Shown here: positions 9,401-16,547 of the stretch, one piece after another | Position numbering within the stretch: position 1 is the stretch's first letter | Layout of the letters: the number at the start of each line of letters is the position of its first letter | From: Candidatus Thermosaccharophagus tengchongensis | GTDB lineage: Bacteria > Armatimonadota > Fervidibacteria > Fervidibacterales > Thermosaccharophagaceae | DNA length: 18,703 nt | Direction: 5' to 3' (one strand) | NCBI GenBank assembly: GCA_032161105.1 | Contig: JAVHTD010000035.1 | Program-made: the position numbers and the translations under genes | Notes under the pieces: generated by a model | Database searches by the model: none | What the model was told of the DNA's origin: nothing | What the model saw: only the letters and a program-made list of their open reading frames with translations

Positions 9401-9579
9401 TCCAAGATGGGTGCGAGCTTCAGTGCCACTTGCACATCAGACGCGAAGCGCAACAATACCCTCCATGCGCCAAAGCCGTCTTTGAATGTCCGGCTGACCA
9501 ACTGGCGTGCAGCTTCCGTGAGTTCCCTTCGCAGCAGCGCTTCAACGAGTGCGTTGGCAGCACTTTGCGGCGCCATCAT
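6487..9579 (-). CDS. glnE: Glutamine synthetase adenylyltransferase / adenylyl-removing enzyme
   Basis: Two nucleotidyltransferase halves: ALGKLGGMELNYSSDIDL...YRVDLRLRPYG...WERMALIKAR...GGIRDIEF and GFGGLGAQELHYASDLDL...YRVDVRLRP...GGLSDLQF. Start placed at ATG 9579, which overlaps the glnD stop (ATGA); longest ORF starts at 9597. Confidence 0.94.
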   Translation of the reverse strand: MMAPQSAANALVEALLRRELTEAARQLVSRTFKDGFGAWRVLLRFASDVQVALKLAPILDELLEAFRLSPDPDLALVNFERLCDAAGKLRLLQWLKDSMATLYALIKLLGTSNYAADTLCLHPEYLSLLFPVSQLRTPKGFEAMAREAMLTVNAFKETKRKWESLRRFRRRESLRIIAADILGMMRCEDVLSELTALAEAVVRAGLDIALKQVGANIPQQECGFLVIALGKLGGMELNYSSDIDLMFSFDRDSILSWALCSPTSSGDEEHLRRIATLTAEKLSQALLKGLSEVTDYGCAYRVDLRLRPYGRDGPIALEWGAMMSYYESWARAWERMALIKARPIAGDVRLALRFERFAESYVYMAPFEHNAFASLLEIKRHSEGMARSHADVKVGRGGIRDIEFVVQLLQLTLGSRFDALKTTNTLCAIDELHKLSLLTDEEANSLRESYIFLRKLEHMLQIAEHLPMHELPESQDELERVARRMGYTKDPVNSLISDYRMHTDRVRSIYERILNELDSIVRRAFEDVGSIALDDELALARQLSEYGFANASDTMKALRLLLKGPAGVNLSARERIAVLRSLPTVLRAASQTVSPDAAIQRLEQLSTAIGNRAAFISSLCSNEVTLRMLLRCISFSEFLSDLMMRYPEHLEAVLREPMRRAMEIETLRYQLSERIMSARTDREAMHLLRRFKHRESLRVGFMEVNGILNTVEASFALAAIADIVINAALRHSLRADEATAIPHEHNVQIAVLGFGGLGAQELHYASDLDLSFIHESGWDGAEETTIRLIKLLSDNTEDGIAYRVDVRLRPLGGTSLSHSEEGWHAALRMLEPWHLLSLPRMRHIAGSWEKSNRLIEMAWEEMHGQFLEGGMIEELLTLWLTIQREHTPQKDTIDPKHVRGGLSDLQFAATLIQLAYAREHRQLRHHSYARAIDTAAKLQLLGEEDARALLRAHEFLRAVKASITLLKSPQVRSISVNDASFSYLAMHLTGARSPSEAAARLLSEWEKITSASYAAILRIVDGVAKALKTC

Positions 9580-12215
9580 GCCCATATCGGTGTCCATGGC
9601 TTCTCAAGTCGCTCCCTAAGTTCCTTCTCAAGCTCGTCCAACTCGTCGTCCGGGACCTTTTTCCTATCCCTCGTGACGACATAGAATGAGTCTTCGGCGA
9701 CATCACGCCATGTCGCAATCTTCGCAGTGACGATGTCCAAGCCAAGCGAAGATATGGCACTCGTGATCCTGAAGAGCAGCCCCTTCCTATCATCAGCCTT
9801 GATGTGGATGACAGTGCAGGCTTCTGACACCGAGTTGCTCACCGACAGTTTGTGAATGCTCACAGAGAAGGCATCCTCCAATCCGGCTTCCTCAAGCAGC
9901 TGCTTAACGCTCACATCTTTGTTGAGCACCATCTCAATTGCTTCCTTTATGCGCCTTGCCTTGGCTTCACTCACTTGCCCATACCTTGTCCGTATGAGGA
10001 GGGAGTCAAGGACGACACGCCTTTCTCCTGCATCATATGCCTCAGCCTTAAACTCGCTGGGGATGGTCACGGTTATTGCCTGAGCCATCCTTATGTCCAC
10101 ATCTTGGGCATACAATGTGCCGCATATCTTGCTGAGCAAGCCGGGCATCGGCTCATCATAAGCGCAGATTATGAGGCTGGAAAAATCGGCACCCGGCTCG
10201 CTGCGTATGGTTATGACCGGTTTTTCTGTCTCCATCAGGCTGTCAATCATCCTGAGGTGCTCAGCTATTGTCTCCGTGGTGTTGTTGAGCAAGTAGCCCG
10301 TCGGAAATGCCGATAAGACAAACTCAATTTGCTGTGGCGTTAGCCCGTATCGTTTTAGCCGGTGAGAGAGCGTTGTCCGGCGTTCCCTCACCATCGTTTG
10401 CAAGTCAGCTTCGGCTTGCTTTGAAAGGTATCGGTTGAGGTTTATGAACAGGCTGTCAAGGAGCTCCCTTTCAAGGGCTGTGAATGTCTGTTTGCTCACA
10501 GCTTGAGCATCGGCGTATGAGAGGAGGTAAAGCATGCGAAGCAAATCGGTGTCATTAATCCTCTCGGCAAGGCGCATTATGACGGTCTCGTCTTGGATGT
10601 CGTGCAGGCGCGCTGCCCTCAAAAGAAGCATGTGATTTCTGATGAGCTCTACAAGCAGCCTTTTCCTGTCCGGGTCAAGCCCAAACTCATTCCCAACATC
10701 CTCGGCGAGCTTTGCGCTGGCTTCGCAATGCCCCTCCTCATCCTCCGTCTGTATCTTCCCGAGGTCGTGAAGAAGGGCAGCAAGGTGCAATATTGAGCGG
10801 TCGCTTACATCCTTCCAAACTTCACCTATGAGCGTCTCAGCGCCCCTGCCGGTTCGTTCCAATTCAGCCAAGTTGAGCATCGTGCGCACGCAGTGAGCGC
10901 CAACGGTGAGTTCGTGTGCCCTGTTGCTCGGCACAAGATGCATTGCCATCTTGAGTTGCGGAATGCATGCTTGCAGCACGCCGAGTTCAACCATCTCTTC
11001 CACTGCCCTCTGAGGCGATGGATGAGCGAGTATGTTAATTAGCTTCTTGCCGCACCATTCCGAGCGAGGCAGCTCACCACCCAACCTGTTGATGGTTTCC
11101 CTTATGGCGTCGCGCAGTTCGTGGGAGAATGTCAGGTTGTATTGCTGCGCATGCTCAAACGCCGTGAGCACCAACTGGGTATCCCTTATCAGCATGTTGG
11201 CATCTCGTATGTATAGGCGTTGATGCTCCGCGTAGAAGTGCTGGTCAATGTTAATCCGCATTTCAAGCGCCATCTGCTCAACGCGCCTTGCGAGCGCATT
11301 CACAAACTCGGCGTATCCATACAGGAGTTCAAACATGATCGTTGGGGTTAACTTGAGGTCGCAGGCAATCTGCTCGTGATATTCGCGCAGAAGCGTATCC
11401 TCCCTCTTACCGGCTCGCAAGTGAAGCCAGTTTCTGATTGTCAGGAAGAAGTCAAGAGCTTCTTGGAGCTTGGTCGCCTCATCGCGGCTCAGCGCACCAA
11501 CCTCGCACAGTTTGAACGGCGTTACTGGCGGATGTATCCCGTGGATGGACGCGAGCAGCCACTGGGTTTGCTGTATATCTCGCAGCATGCCGATGCCTTG
11601 TTTGATGTTTGGCTCGGTGAGGTGTAATGGCTTCCCAAAGGCGCTGCTCCGCTCAGCCACCTTATCTTGCACAAACGCCATGATGTCCATTGTCTCGTGC
11701 AGCAAATTAATGAGCGCATTATAAAGCCTTTCGCTGCCGGCGATGAGGCGGGCATCCATTAGGGCGGTCTTGGTGAGGCTATCCAAGCTCGGTATGTCCT
11801 CAAGTGGTCTGTAAGCGTAGCCGAGGCGCAAGTCTGTGGCATCAATGATTGTGGATATGAGGAGCCTGAAGGCGTGCTTCAGTGCGGCGTCAATGAATGG
11901 GTTGTCCTGTTCCGATGGCACGAAGGTTATGTCAACATCCGAGAATGGGCAAAGCTGCATCCTGCCGTAGCTCCCCGTCGCCACGATGGCAATCTCTGTC
12001 CCGCCGGGTTGGTAATATTGGCCAGCGACTTTGAATGCGTGAGATAGCGAGAGCTCATAAATCCTTCGCATCAACTTGTCCAAGCCCTGCGTTATCTCGG
12101 CGCACAACCTAAGCCCGCTCACGCTTTGGAGTTGTGTTTCTCGTATTCGTTTGCGCCACAGCCTTGCCTCCTCTTGCAACTCAACCTGCTGGCAGCTCAT
12201 TTCATCGTGGCACAT
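9576..12215 (-). CDS. glnD: PII uridylyltransferase / uridylyl-removing enzyme
   Basis: Nucleotidyltransferase motif ATGSYGRMQLCPFSDVD; EPNIKQGIGMLRD; HD domain (HELTVGAH...LAALLHDLGK); two C-terminal ACT domains (DEPMPGLLSKI; DDRKGLLFRI...AKIAT...AEDSFYV). Confidence 0.94.
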   Translation of the reverse strand: MCHDEMSCQQVELQEEARLWRKRIRETQLQSVSGLRLCAEITQGLDKLMRRIYELSLSHAFKVAGQYYQPGGTEIAIVATGSYGRMQLCPFSDVDITFVPSEQDNPFIDAALKHAFRLLISTIIDATDLRLGYAYRPLEDIPSLDSLTKTALMDARLIAGSERLYNALINLLHETMDIMAFVQDKVAERSSAFGKPLHLTEPNIKQGIGMLRDIQQTQWLLASIHGIHPPVTPFKLCEVGALSRDEATKLQEALDFFLTIRNWLHLRAGKREDTLLREYHEQIACDLKLTPTIMFELLYGYAEFVNALARRVEQMALEMRINIDQHFYAEHQRLYIRDANMLIRDTQLVLTAFEHAQQYNLTFSHELRDAIRETINRLGGELPRSEWCGKKLINILAHPSPQRAVEEMVELGVLQACIPQLKMAMHLVPSNRAHELTVGAHCVRTMLNLAELERTGRGAETLIGEVWKDVSDRSILHLAALLHDLGKIQTEDEEGHCEASAKLAEDVGNEFGLDPDRKRLLVELIRNHMLLLRAARLHDIQDETVIMRLAERINDTDLLRMLYLLSYADAQAVSKQTFTALERELLDSLFINLNRYLSKQAEADLQTMVRERRTTLSHRLKRYGLTPQQIEFVLSAFPTGYLLNNTTETIAEHLRMIDSLMETEKPVITIRSEPGADFSSLIICAYDEPMPGLLSKICGTLYAQDVDIRMAQAITVTIPSEFKAEAYDAGERRVVLDSLLIRTRYGQVSEAKARRIKEAIEMVLNKDVSVKQLLEEAGLEDAFSVSIHKLSVSNSVSEACTVIHIKADDRKGLLFRITSAISSLGLDIVTAKIATWRDVAEDSFYVVTRDRKKVPDDELDELEKELRERLEKPWTPIWA

Positions 12216-12231
12216 TTAAGCCTCGCCTCTC

Positions 12232-12573
<342 letters not shown>

Positions 12574-12618
12574 TCAGCTCAACCTCCCTCAGACTTCTGG
12601 GGATAACTGACACCCTCT

Positions 12619-12630
12619 TTTGGTTTGCGG
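12619..12630 (-). repeat. Copy 1 of a 12-bp motif CCGCAAACCAAA (reverse strand)
   Basis: TTTGGTTTGCGG at 12619-12630 is the exact reverse complement of 13800-13811. Confidence 0.5.
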
Positions 12631-12636
12631 GAGAGG

Positions 12637-13635
12637 CTATGCAAAAAGCCTAACCCTCTCTTTCTTGAACTCGCGCTTTGAAGGGAGCATGCGCCACTTA
12701 TACTGCCCAACGATGCACAGCATTCGTTCCACAAGCTCTCTGACACTCCCTTCGTTCGCTCCGTGAATCATGGTGTAAAGCGAGAAGCCCCACATCGGGT
12801 ATCTTGGGCGCTGGTAGCAATGGCTCACGCATGGCAGCGAGGCTAATTTCCTTCCGACCGTTTCAACATCCTCATCGGGGACATCCCATACGACCAGAGC
12901 ATTTGCTGCATAGCCGAGAAGCCTGTGATTCACCGATGCGGCAATGCGCCTTAACCTGCCCTCGCTTGACAGCAGCAGCGAGCGCTCAATCAGCCATACT
13001 TCATCAACACCGTGCTTTCTCGCAAGCTCTTTAAATGGTTCGCTCACAAGCGGGAATTCGCCCTGCAAGATGCGTATGCACGCTATATCATCATCGTCAA
13101 TCTGCCGGGTCGGCATCTTCATCTCTTCAGTCTGGTTGTAAATGTTGCCGAGACGAAGTGAAGCATCCAATGCGACTCCGACCTTGAATGTTCGCAGCGC
13201 CGGAAGGAGCATCCAATCGCTGACTTTGCAGATGTGGGCGAGTTGAAAGATTGTATTGTGCAAGTCTTGTGCTTGCGGGAGCACTACAGTGAACCAAAGG
13301 TTAAACTCAGCCTCCCGTTCATAGTTGTGGCTGACGAACGGCATTGAGTTCACTTTGTTGGCGACCTCATCAATCCTCGCCTCTTCAACGGTGAATGCGA
13401 CGAGTGCCGTTTTATACCCGACCTTTGAGGCATCAAATATGGCGCTTATGCGGCGCAGCAAATTCATCCCTTTCATGCGCTCAAGCCTGCTTATCACATC
13501 CGCCTCACTCATGGCGAGCTGCTGCCCGAGTGAGTGGAATGGCTTTCGTTCAATGGGTATGCCAAGTTGCACCCTGTTGAGCAGTTCAATGTCTGCGTCA
13601 TTGAGGTAACTGCGCAAGTGCCCATTGATGCCCAT
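12637..13635 (-). CDS. Fused siroheme decarboxylase AhbA/AhbB (NirDL-like; two Lrp/AsnC-like halves)
   Basis: Two HTH + AsnC-like halves, each with an HxYxR motif: VSHNYER...FNLWFT and VSHCYQRP...FSLYTMIH; ends EFKKERVRLF. SD GGAGG upstream. Confidence 0.88.
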   Translation of the reverse strand: MGINGHLRSYLNDADIELLNRVQLGIPIERKPFHSLGQQLAMSEADVISRLERMKGMNLLRRISAIFDASKVGYKTALVAFTVEEARIDEVANKVNSMPFVSHNYEREAEFNLWFTVVLPQAQDLHNTIFQLAHICKVSDWMLLPALRTFKVGVALDASLRLGNIYNQTEEMKMPTRQIDDDDIACIRILQGEFPLVSEPFKELARKHGVDEVWLIERSLLLSSEGRLRRIAASVNHRLLGYAANALVVWDVPDEDVETVGRKLASLPCVSHCYQRPRYPMWGFSLYTMIHGANEGSVRELVERMLCIVGQYKWRMLPSKREFKKERVRLFA

Positions 13636-13713
13636 TCAATCCGTCCTCCGTTTTCAAGCTCTTTGCTGCGTTAATTCCTTGCGCTCGTCATCTGAGCCCA
13701 TTGCCACTCCAAA

Positions 13714-13722
13714 ATTGTAGCA
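13714..13722 (-). promoter_or_regulatory. Candidate extended -10 promoter (TGcTACAAT) for the leftward ahbAB-glnBDE run
   Basis: Reverse complement of ATTGTAGCA is TGCTACAAT, matching TGnTATAAT at all but one position, about 80 bp upstream of the ahbAB start. No convincing -35. Confidence 0.45.
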
Positions 13723-13799
13723 TCACCTCTCTGTGTGGAATTGTGCCCTACACCGGGCAAATGTGGGAGCGCAAATAATCCATCACTGGTGCAGGTGAG

Positions 13800-13811
13800 C
13801 CGCAAACCAAA
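13800..13811 (+). repeat. Copy 2 of the 12-bp motif CCGCAAACCAAA
   Basis: Exact inverted copy of 12619-12630, in the divergent intergenic region. Confidence 0.5.
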
Positions 13812-13950
13812 CATGCCCATTTGCTCTCTAATTGCATGTGGGGATGGGCGGCTATTTGCGATACAATGTTGAAGGCAGGTTACAGTTTAGCCCATCCAAG
13901 AGTGAGCATCGGTAAGCGATGCATCTTTAGCTTATTGGGGGTGATAGCTG

Positions 13951-15234
13951 ATGCGCAAGAATGGCGAAAGCCAATCTCGGTCTGTGACGAGGCGCGAATT
14001 CTTGCTTATCGGTGCCGCTGCGGCAGCTGGCATTGCCTCATCTGGATGGAAGAAGAGCCGAGCATACGCTCTCGCCGGTCCGGGGAGGGTCATTGGAGCG
14101 AATGACCGCATAAATGTCGGCGTGATCGGATGCGGTGGCATGGGGACTCACCACCTCCGTAAGCTTGTAGACGCTTCAAAGAGTGGCAAAGAGAACATTC
14201 AAGTCATTGCGGTGTGTGACATTTACGAAAAGCGCCTCAACAACGCCGTCCAAATATCCGGTGCAAAGCCGTTCAAGGACTATCGCAAGTTACTTGAATG
14301 GCAGGATGTTGATGTCGTTTGGATCGCCACACCGGAGCACTGGCATGCGAGGATGGCAATTGATGCTATGGAAGCCGGGAAGGACATCTACCTTGAAAAG
14401 CCATTCACGAGATACCTTGATGAAGCCAAGCAAGTATACGAGACGGCTTTGCGCACAAAGAGTGTTGTCCAAGTTGGCTCTCAGGGTTGTTCTGAGAATG
14501 TATGGCACAGGGCAGCTGAGTTGGTTAAAAGCGGCAAACTCGGCAAGGTAGTTTGGGCACAGGCAAGCTATTGCAGGAACTCAAAAGAGGGGGAGTGGAA
14601 TTACCCAATAGATCCTGACGCAAAGCCCGGCGTCAACCTTGATTGGGATGCATTTCTCGGACCGGCTCCAAAACGCCCTTGGGATCCAGAGAGGTTTTTC
14701 AGGTGGCGCAAGTTCTGGGATTATTCGGGCGGCATTGGAACAGACTTATTCCCGCATGTTCTCAACACGCTCCTATTAGCCATAGGCGCTGAGTTCCCAA
14801 CGAGGGTGGTCGCAAGCGGTGGAATCTATGTTCACAAGGATAGAGAGGTGCCAGATACATACCACATGATCGTTGAGTATCCGGGCAACTACAATGTGGT
14901 TGTGCTTTCATCAATGGCAAACGAGGTTGGAGTCCCGACACTGATTAGAGGGCATGAGGCGACGATGGAGATAAGTGGCAACAGGATAATTATCCGCCCG
15001 ACACGCCCATACGCAGAGGAGAGGGAAGTTGAGGAAGTGCAAGTTGAGCCAACGCCAGATAGCGTTGCGGCGCACCACAAGAACTTCTTTGAGTGTGTGC
15101 GCACTCGCGGTAAGCCAAACTGCGATGTTGAGCTCGCATACAAAGTTATGGTTGCCGTCGGTCTCGCTGAGCTTTCCTACAGGCAAGATAAGGTGATGAA
15201 GTTTGATCCGAGCACTCAACGAGTTATCTCGTGA
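13951..15234 (+). CDS. Gfo/Idh/MocA family oxidoreductase with twin-arginine signal
   Basis: VTRREFL Tat motif; GANDRINVGVIGCGGMG; IATPEHWH; YLEKP; GGIGTDLFPH (DxxxH); SD GGGGGTGA upstream. Confidence 0.94.
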   Translation: MRKNGESQSRSVTRREFLLIGAAAAAGIASSGWKKSRAYALAGPGRVIGANDRINVGVIGCGGMGTHHLRKLVDASKSGKENIQVIAVCDIYEKRLNNAVQISGAKPFKDYRKLLEWQDVDVVWIATPEHWHARMAIDAMEAGKDIYLEKPFTRYLDEAKQVYETALRTKSVVQVGSQGCSENVWHRAAELVKSGKLGKVVWAQASYCRNSKEGEWNYPIDPDAKPGVNLDWDAFLGPAPKRPWDPERFFRWRKFWDYSGGIGTDLFPHVLNTLLLAIGAEFPTRVVASGGIYVHKDREVPDTYHMIVEYPGNYNVVVLSSMANEVGVPTLIRGHEATMEISGNRIIIRPTRPYAEEREVEEVQVEPTPDSVAAHHKNFFECVRTRGKPNCDVELAYKVMVAVGLAELSYRQDKVMKFDPSTQRVIS

Positions 15235-15414
15235 TCGCATTTGGTGACAATCCTTAGCATCCCCAGTTTGTAGGCAACATGGATTGCGAAGTTGAATATG
15301 GTGCGCTTTGCAAGCCACCTGCGGATGACAGTTTGGTGGCTGGTGCTTTGAACATCAACGCAAGTGGGCGTTTGCTTCTGCTGATAGTTTTTCTCGCCCA
15401 AAGGAGTTGGAGCT

Positions 15415-16437
15415 GTGGAGCAGTGTAGGGGAGTAAATTCGTTCAATCTGCCCTTTGTGATGGCGGCGCGCATAGCTATGGCATGCAGGTTTGAGATTAT
15501 TGCAGTTGATGACGGACGCAATGACCTTCATGCAATCCTTGAAAGGGCGCTTGATGAAGTTGAGCAGCTGGAAATGCAACTAAGCCCATTCGTTGATGAT
15601 AGCCACCTCAGCGACCTCAACAGGCGCGCTCACCATGAGCCTGTAAGGGTTGAGCCGCAGTTTTATTGGCTCATTAAGCGCGCTGTGCAAATTGGCATTG
15701 AGACGCAAAGCGCATTTGATATCACCGTAGGTGCTTTAACGATCCCGATGAAGCTTGGCAACCGCCCCGAAATTGAAACACAGCTGCGGATGCGCAGCGA
15801 AGTTGAAGGCAATGCCGAGTTACCGATAGGATTACAATGGCTGCAGTTGGACGATGAGGCAATGACAGTGCGTTTCCTCCAATGCGGTATGATGATTGAC
15901 CTGTGTGGCATTGCAAAGGGCTATGCTGTTGATAAGGTTGCAAGCTACCTCATGGATGAGGGCGTGCGCGACTTTTTCGTGCACGCTGGCAAGAGCTCAA
16001 TCTATGCTGCTGGGAAGCAGCCCAACTTTAACGGTTGGGTTGTCGGAATAACCGATCCATTAGAGCCATCAAGGCGGTTAGCTACCATAGAACTTAGGGA
16101 CATGGCAATGGGCGTCTCCGAGTGGCACAGCAACTCCGCATATGGCAGACGATTGCACATCTTTGACACGCGCGCTTGTTCCACCATTGTTGAGGGCATA
16201 TGTGGCAGTGGTGAGAGGGTGATTCGTGCTTATGCAATTTGCAGCAGCGCAACGGAGGCAGACGCGCTTTCAACGGCATTCCTACTGCTTGGTTGCGATG
16301 GCGTAAAAAGTTACTGCGAGAGCCATGCAGGAGTTGGGGCGGTGCTGATCGTCCAAAGTGATGATGGCGTTTATGTTGTCACCTATGGGCTTGAGGGAAT
16401 CCCAGATTGTCGCTGCCGTGCCACTGTATATCGTTGA
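15415..16437 (+). CDS. apbE: FAD:protein FMN transferase (ApbE family), no signal peptide
   Basis: AMACRFEI, LEMQLSPF, AFDITVGAL, IDLCGIAKGYAVD, WVVGITDP, HIFD, ATEADALSTAF are ApbE motifs; SD AAGGAG at 15401-15406 before GTG 15415; no hydrophobic leader or lipobox. Confidence 0.9.
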   Translation: MEQCRGVNSFNLPFVMAARIAMACRFEIIAVDDGRNDLHAILERALDEVEQLEMQLSPFVDDSHLSDLNRRAHHEPVRVEPQFYWLIKRAVQIGIETQSAFDITVGALTIPMKLGNRPEIETQLRMRSEVEGNAELPIGLQWLQLDDEAMTVRFLQCGMMIDLCGIAKGYAVDKVASYLMDEGVRDFFVHAGKSSIYAAGKQPNFNGWVVGITDPLEPSRRLATIELRDMAMGVSEWHSNSAYGRRLHIFDTRACSTIVEGICGSGERVIRAYAICSSATEADALSTAFLLLGCDGVKSYCESHAGVGAVLIVQSDDGVYVVTYGLEGIPDCRCRATVYR

Positions 16438-16440
16438 AGG

Positions 16441-16493
16441 GAGCGATTTGACGGGATTGGCTTTTTGAAATCGCGTGGCGGCGCAAATCGCTC
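16441..16493 (+). other. Intergenic stem-loop between apbE and the second oxidoreductase
   Basis: Perfect 10-bp inverted repeat GAGCGATTTG (16441-16450) / CAAATCGCTC (16484-16493), with an inner 7-of-8 stem ACGGGATT (16451-16458) / AATCGCGT (16469-16476). No U-tract follows. Confidence 0.6.
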
Positions 16494-16547
16494 ATCGCTA
16501 TCAAGCTTTGGAGCAATGAGCAAGCGATACTGTAGGAGGTGAGCGAA

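Noticed and set aside
12637..13635. Plain Lrp/AsnC transcription regulator call
   Set aside because: Duplicated halves with HxYxR and YTMIH motifs fit siroheme decarboxylase better.
13845..13860. Sigma-54-like GG-N10-GC element TGGGCGGCTATTTGCG
   Set aside because: The -24 box departs from TGGCAC, it faces away from the gln genes, and no enhancer-binding protein is in view.
13770..13860. Possible structured ncRNA or riboswitch (CGCAAATA/TATTTGCG and several 5-6 bp stems)
   Set aside because: Stems are short and conflicting and I recognise no riboswitch consensus; needs an Rfam/covariation test.
13862..13867. TACAAT as the -10 for the rightward operon
   Set aside because: Plausible, but no -35 at a suitable spacing and no TG extension, so not reported as a feature.
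14245..14268. AVQISGAK as an ApbE flavinylation site
   Set aside because: The acceptor position is Lys, not Ser/Thr, and it lies within the Rossmann fold.
15313..15400. Inverted repeats AGCCACC/GGTGGCT and TGGGCG/CGCCCA upstream of apbE
   Set aside because: Only 6-7 bp with long loops and no U-tract; within chance expectation.
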